Below, piece after piece: positions 63,553 through 64,000 of a DNA stretch of 64,000 nucleotides. Under the pieces are notes generated by a model that saw nothing but the letters and a program-made list of their open reading frames with translations, did not search any database and was not told where the DNA came from. Within the stretch, counting starts at the first letter, position 1. Each line of letters begins with the position of its first letter. Source of the DNA: Octopus sinensis (lineage: Eukaryota); NCBI RefSeq assembly GCF_006345805.1, contig NC_043012.1:34782001-34846000 (forward strand), in the 5' to 3' direction. The translations under genes and the position numbers were made by a program.

Positions 63553-64000
63553 ATTATTTTGTACAGTATGAAAGCTGTACACCTGACAGTCTCAAAAACA
63601 ACAACATTAGCAAGAAAATGAACAACAACAACAATATCAACTACAACAACTACAACAATGACGCAGTGAAAGTCTCCTGGGTATTTTCTACAATAGTTTA
63701 TGACGGTCTGAAGAAAAGTGATAGGTGCTGATACATTGCTGTCAGCTGTTATCAGTAAACGGTGGCTTGTAATAGAAAGTAAGACTAAACCAGAGATACA
63801 CACATAGAGGAAAAACATGTGTGGGTAGAAGAACACCATTGCTAGGGACATACATATAACTACCAGCAGTTACACACACACAATCGCATATTGCATACGC
63901 ACATACAGCATAACTCACACACATAATGGTGGTAAATTCTCCATCAATGTCGACGGTGAGAGCTTAGTTGTTTGATCCACTCACTAAATCAATAGTTGCC

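Overview
AT-rich animal genomic DNA dominated by microsatellites and transposons. The repeat families look cephalopod (Octopus-like); this is an inference from recalled repeat families, not a search result. Only one intact host gene is supportable: an intronless Gas1-like CDS (9479-10273, +) with a signal peptide, two 10-Cys GDNF/GAS1 domains and a GPI-type hydrophobic tail. The rest is mobile DNA: RTE, CR1/L2-group and R4/Dong-type LINE fragments, at least four tRNA-derived SINE families, non-autonomous Helitrons, hAT MITEs, GG..CC/8-9 bp-TSD foldback MITEs (some carrying telomeric repeats) and Penelope-like elements (PLEs). The most striking signal is a (TA)n-targeted PLE system. A young 5'-truncated PLE (56.5-59.2 kb) has an inverted pseudo-LTR containing a minimal type I hammerhead ribozyme motif. 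Two ~230 bp palindromic mini-elements (14.8 kb, 23.6 kb) consist only of two head-to-head copies of that ribozyme end and fold back at the same CTAG. Further hammerhead-like motifs and several unrelated TA-embedded fold-back elements are also present. Ribozyme activity is not demonstrated, and every copy has at least one non-canonical position. Most ORFs in the supplied track are microsatellite artefacts.
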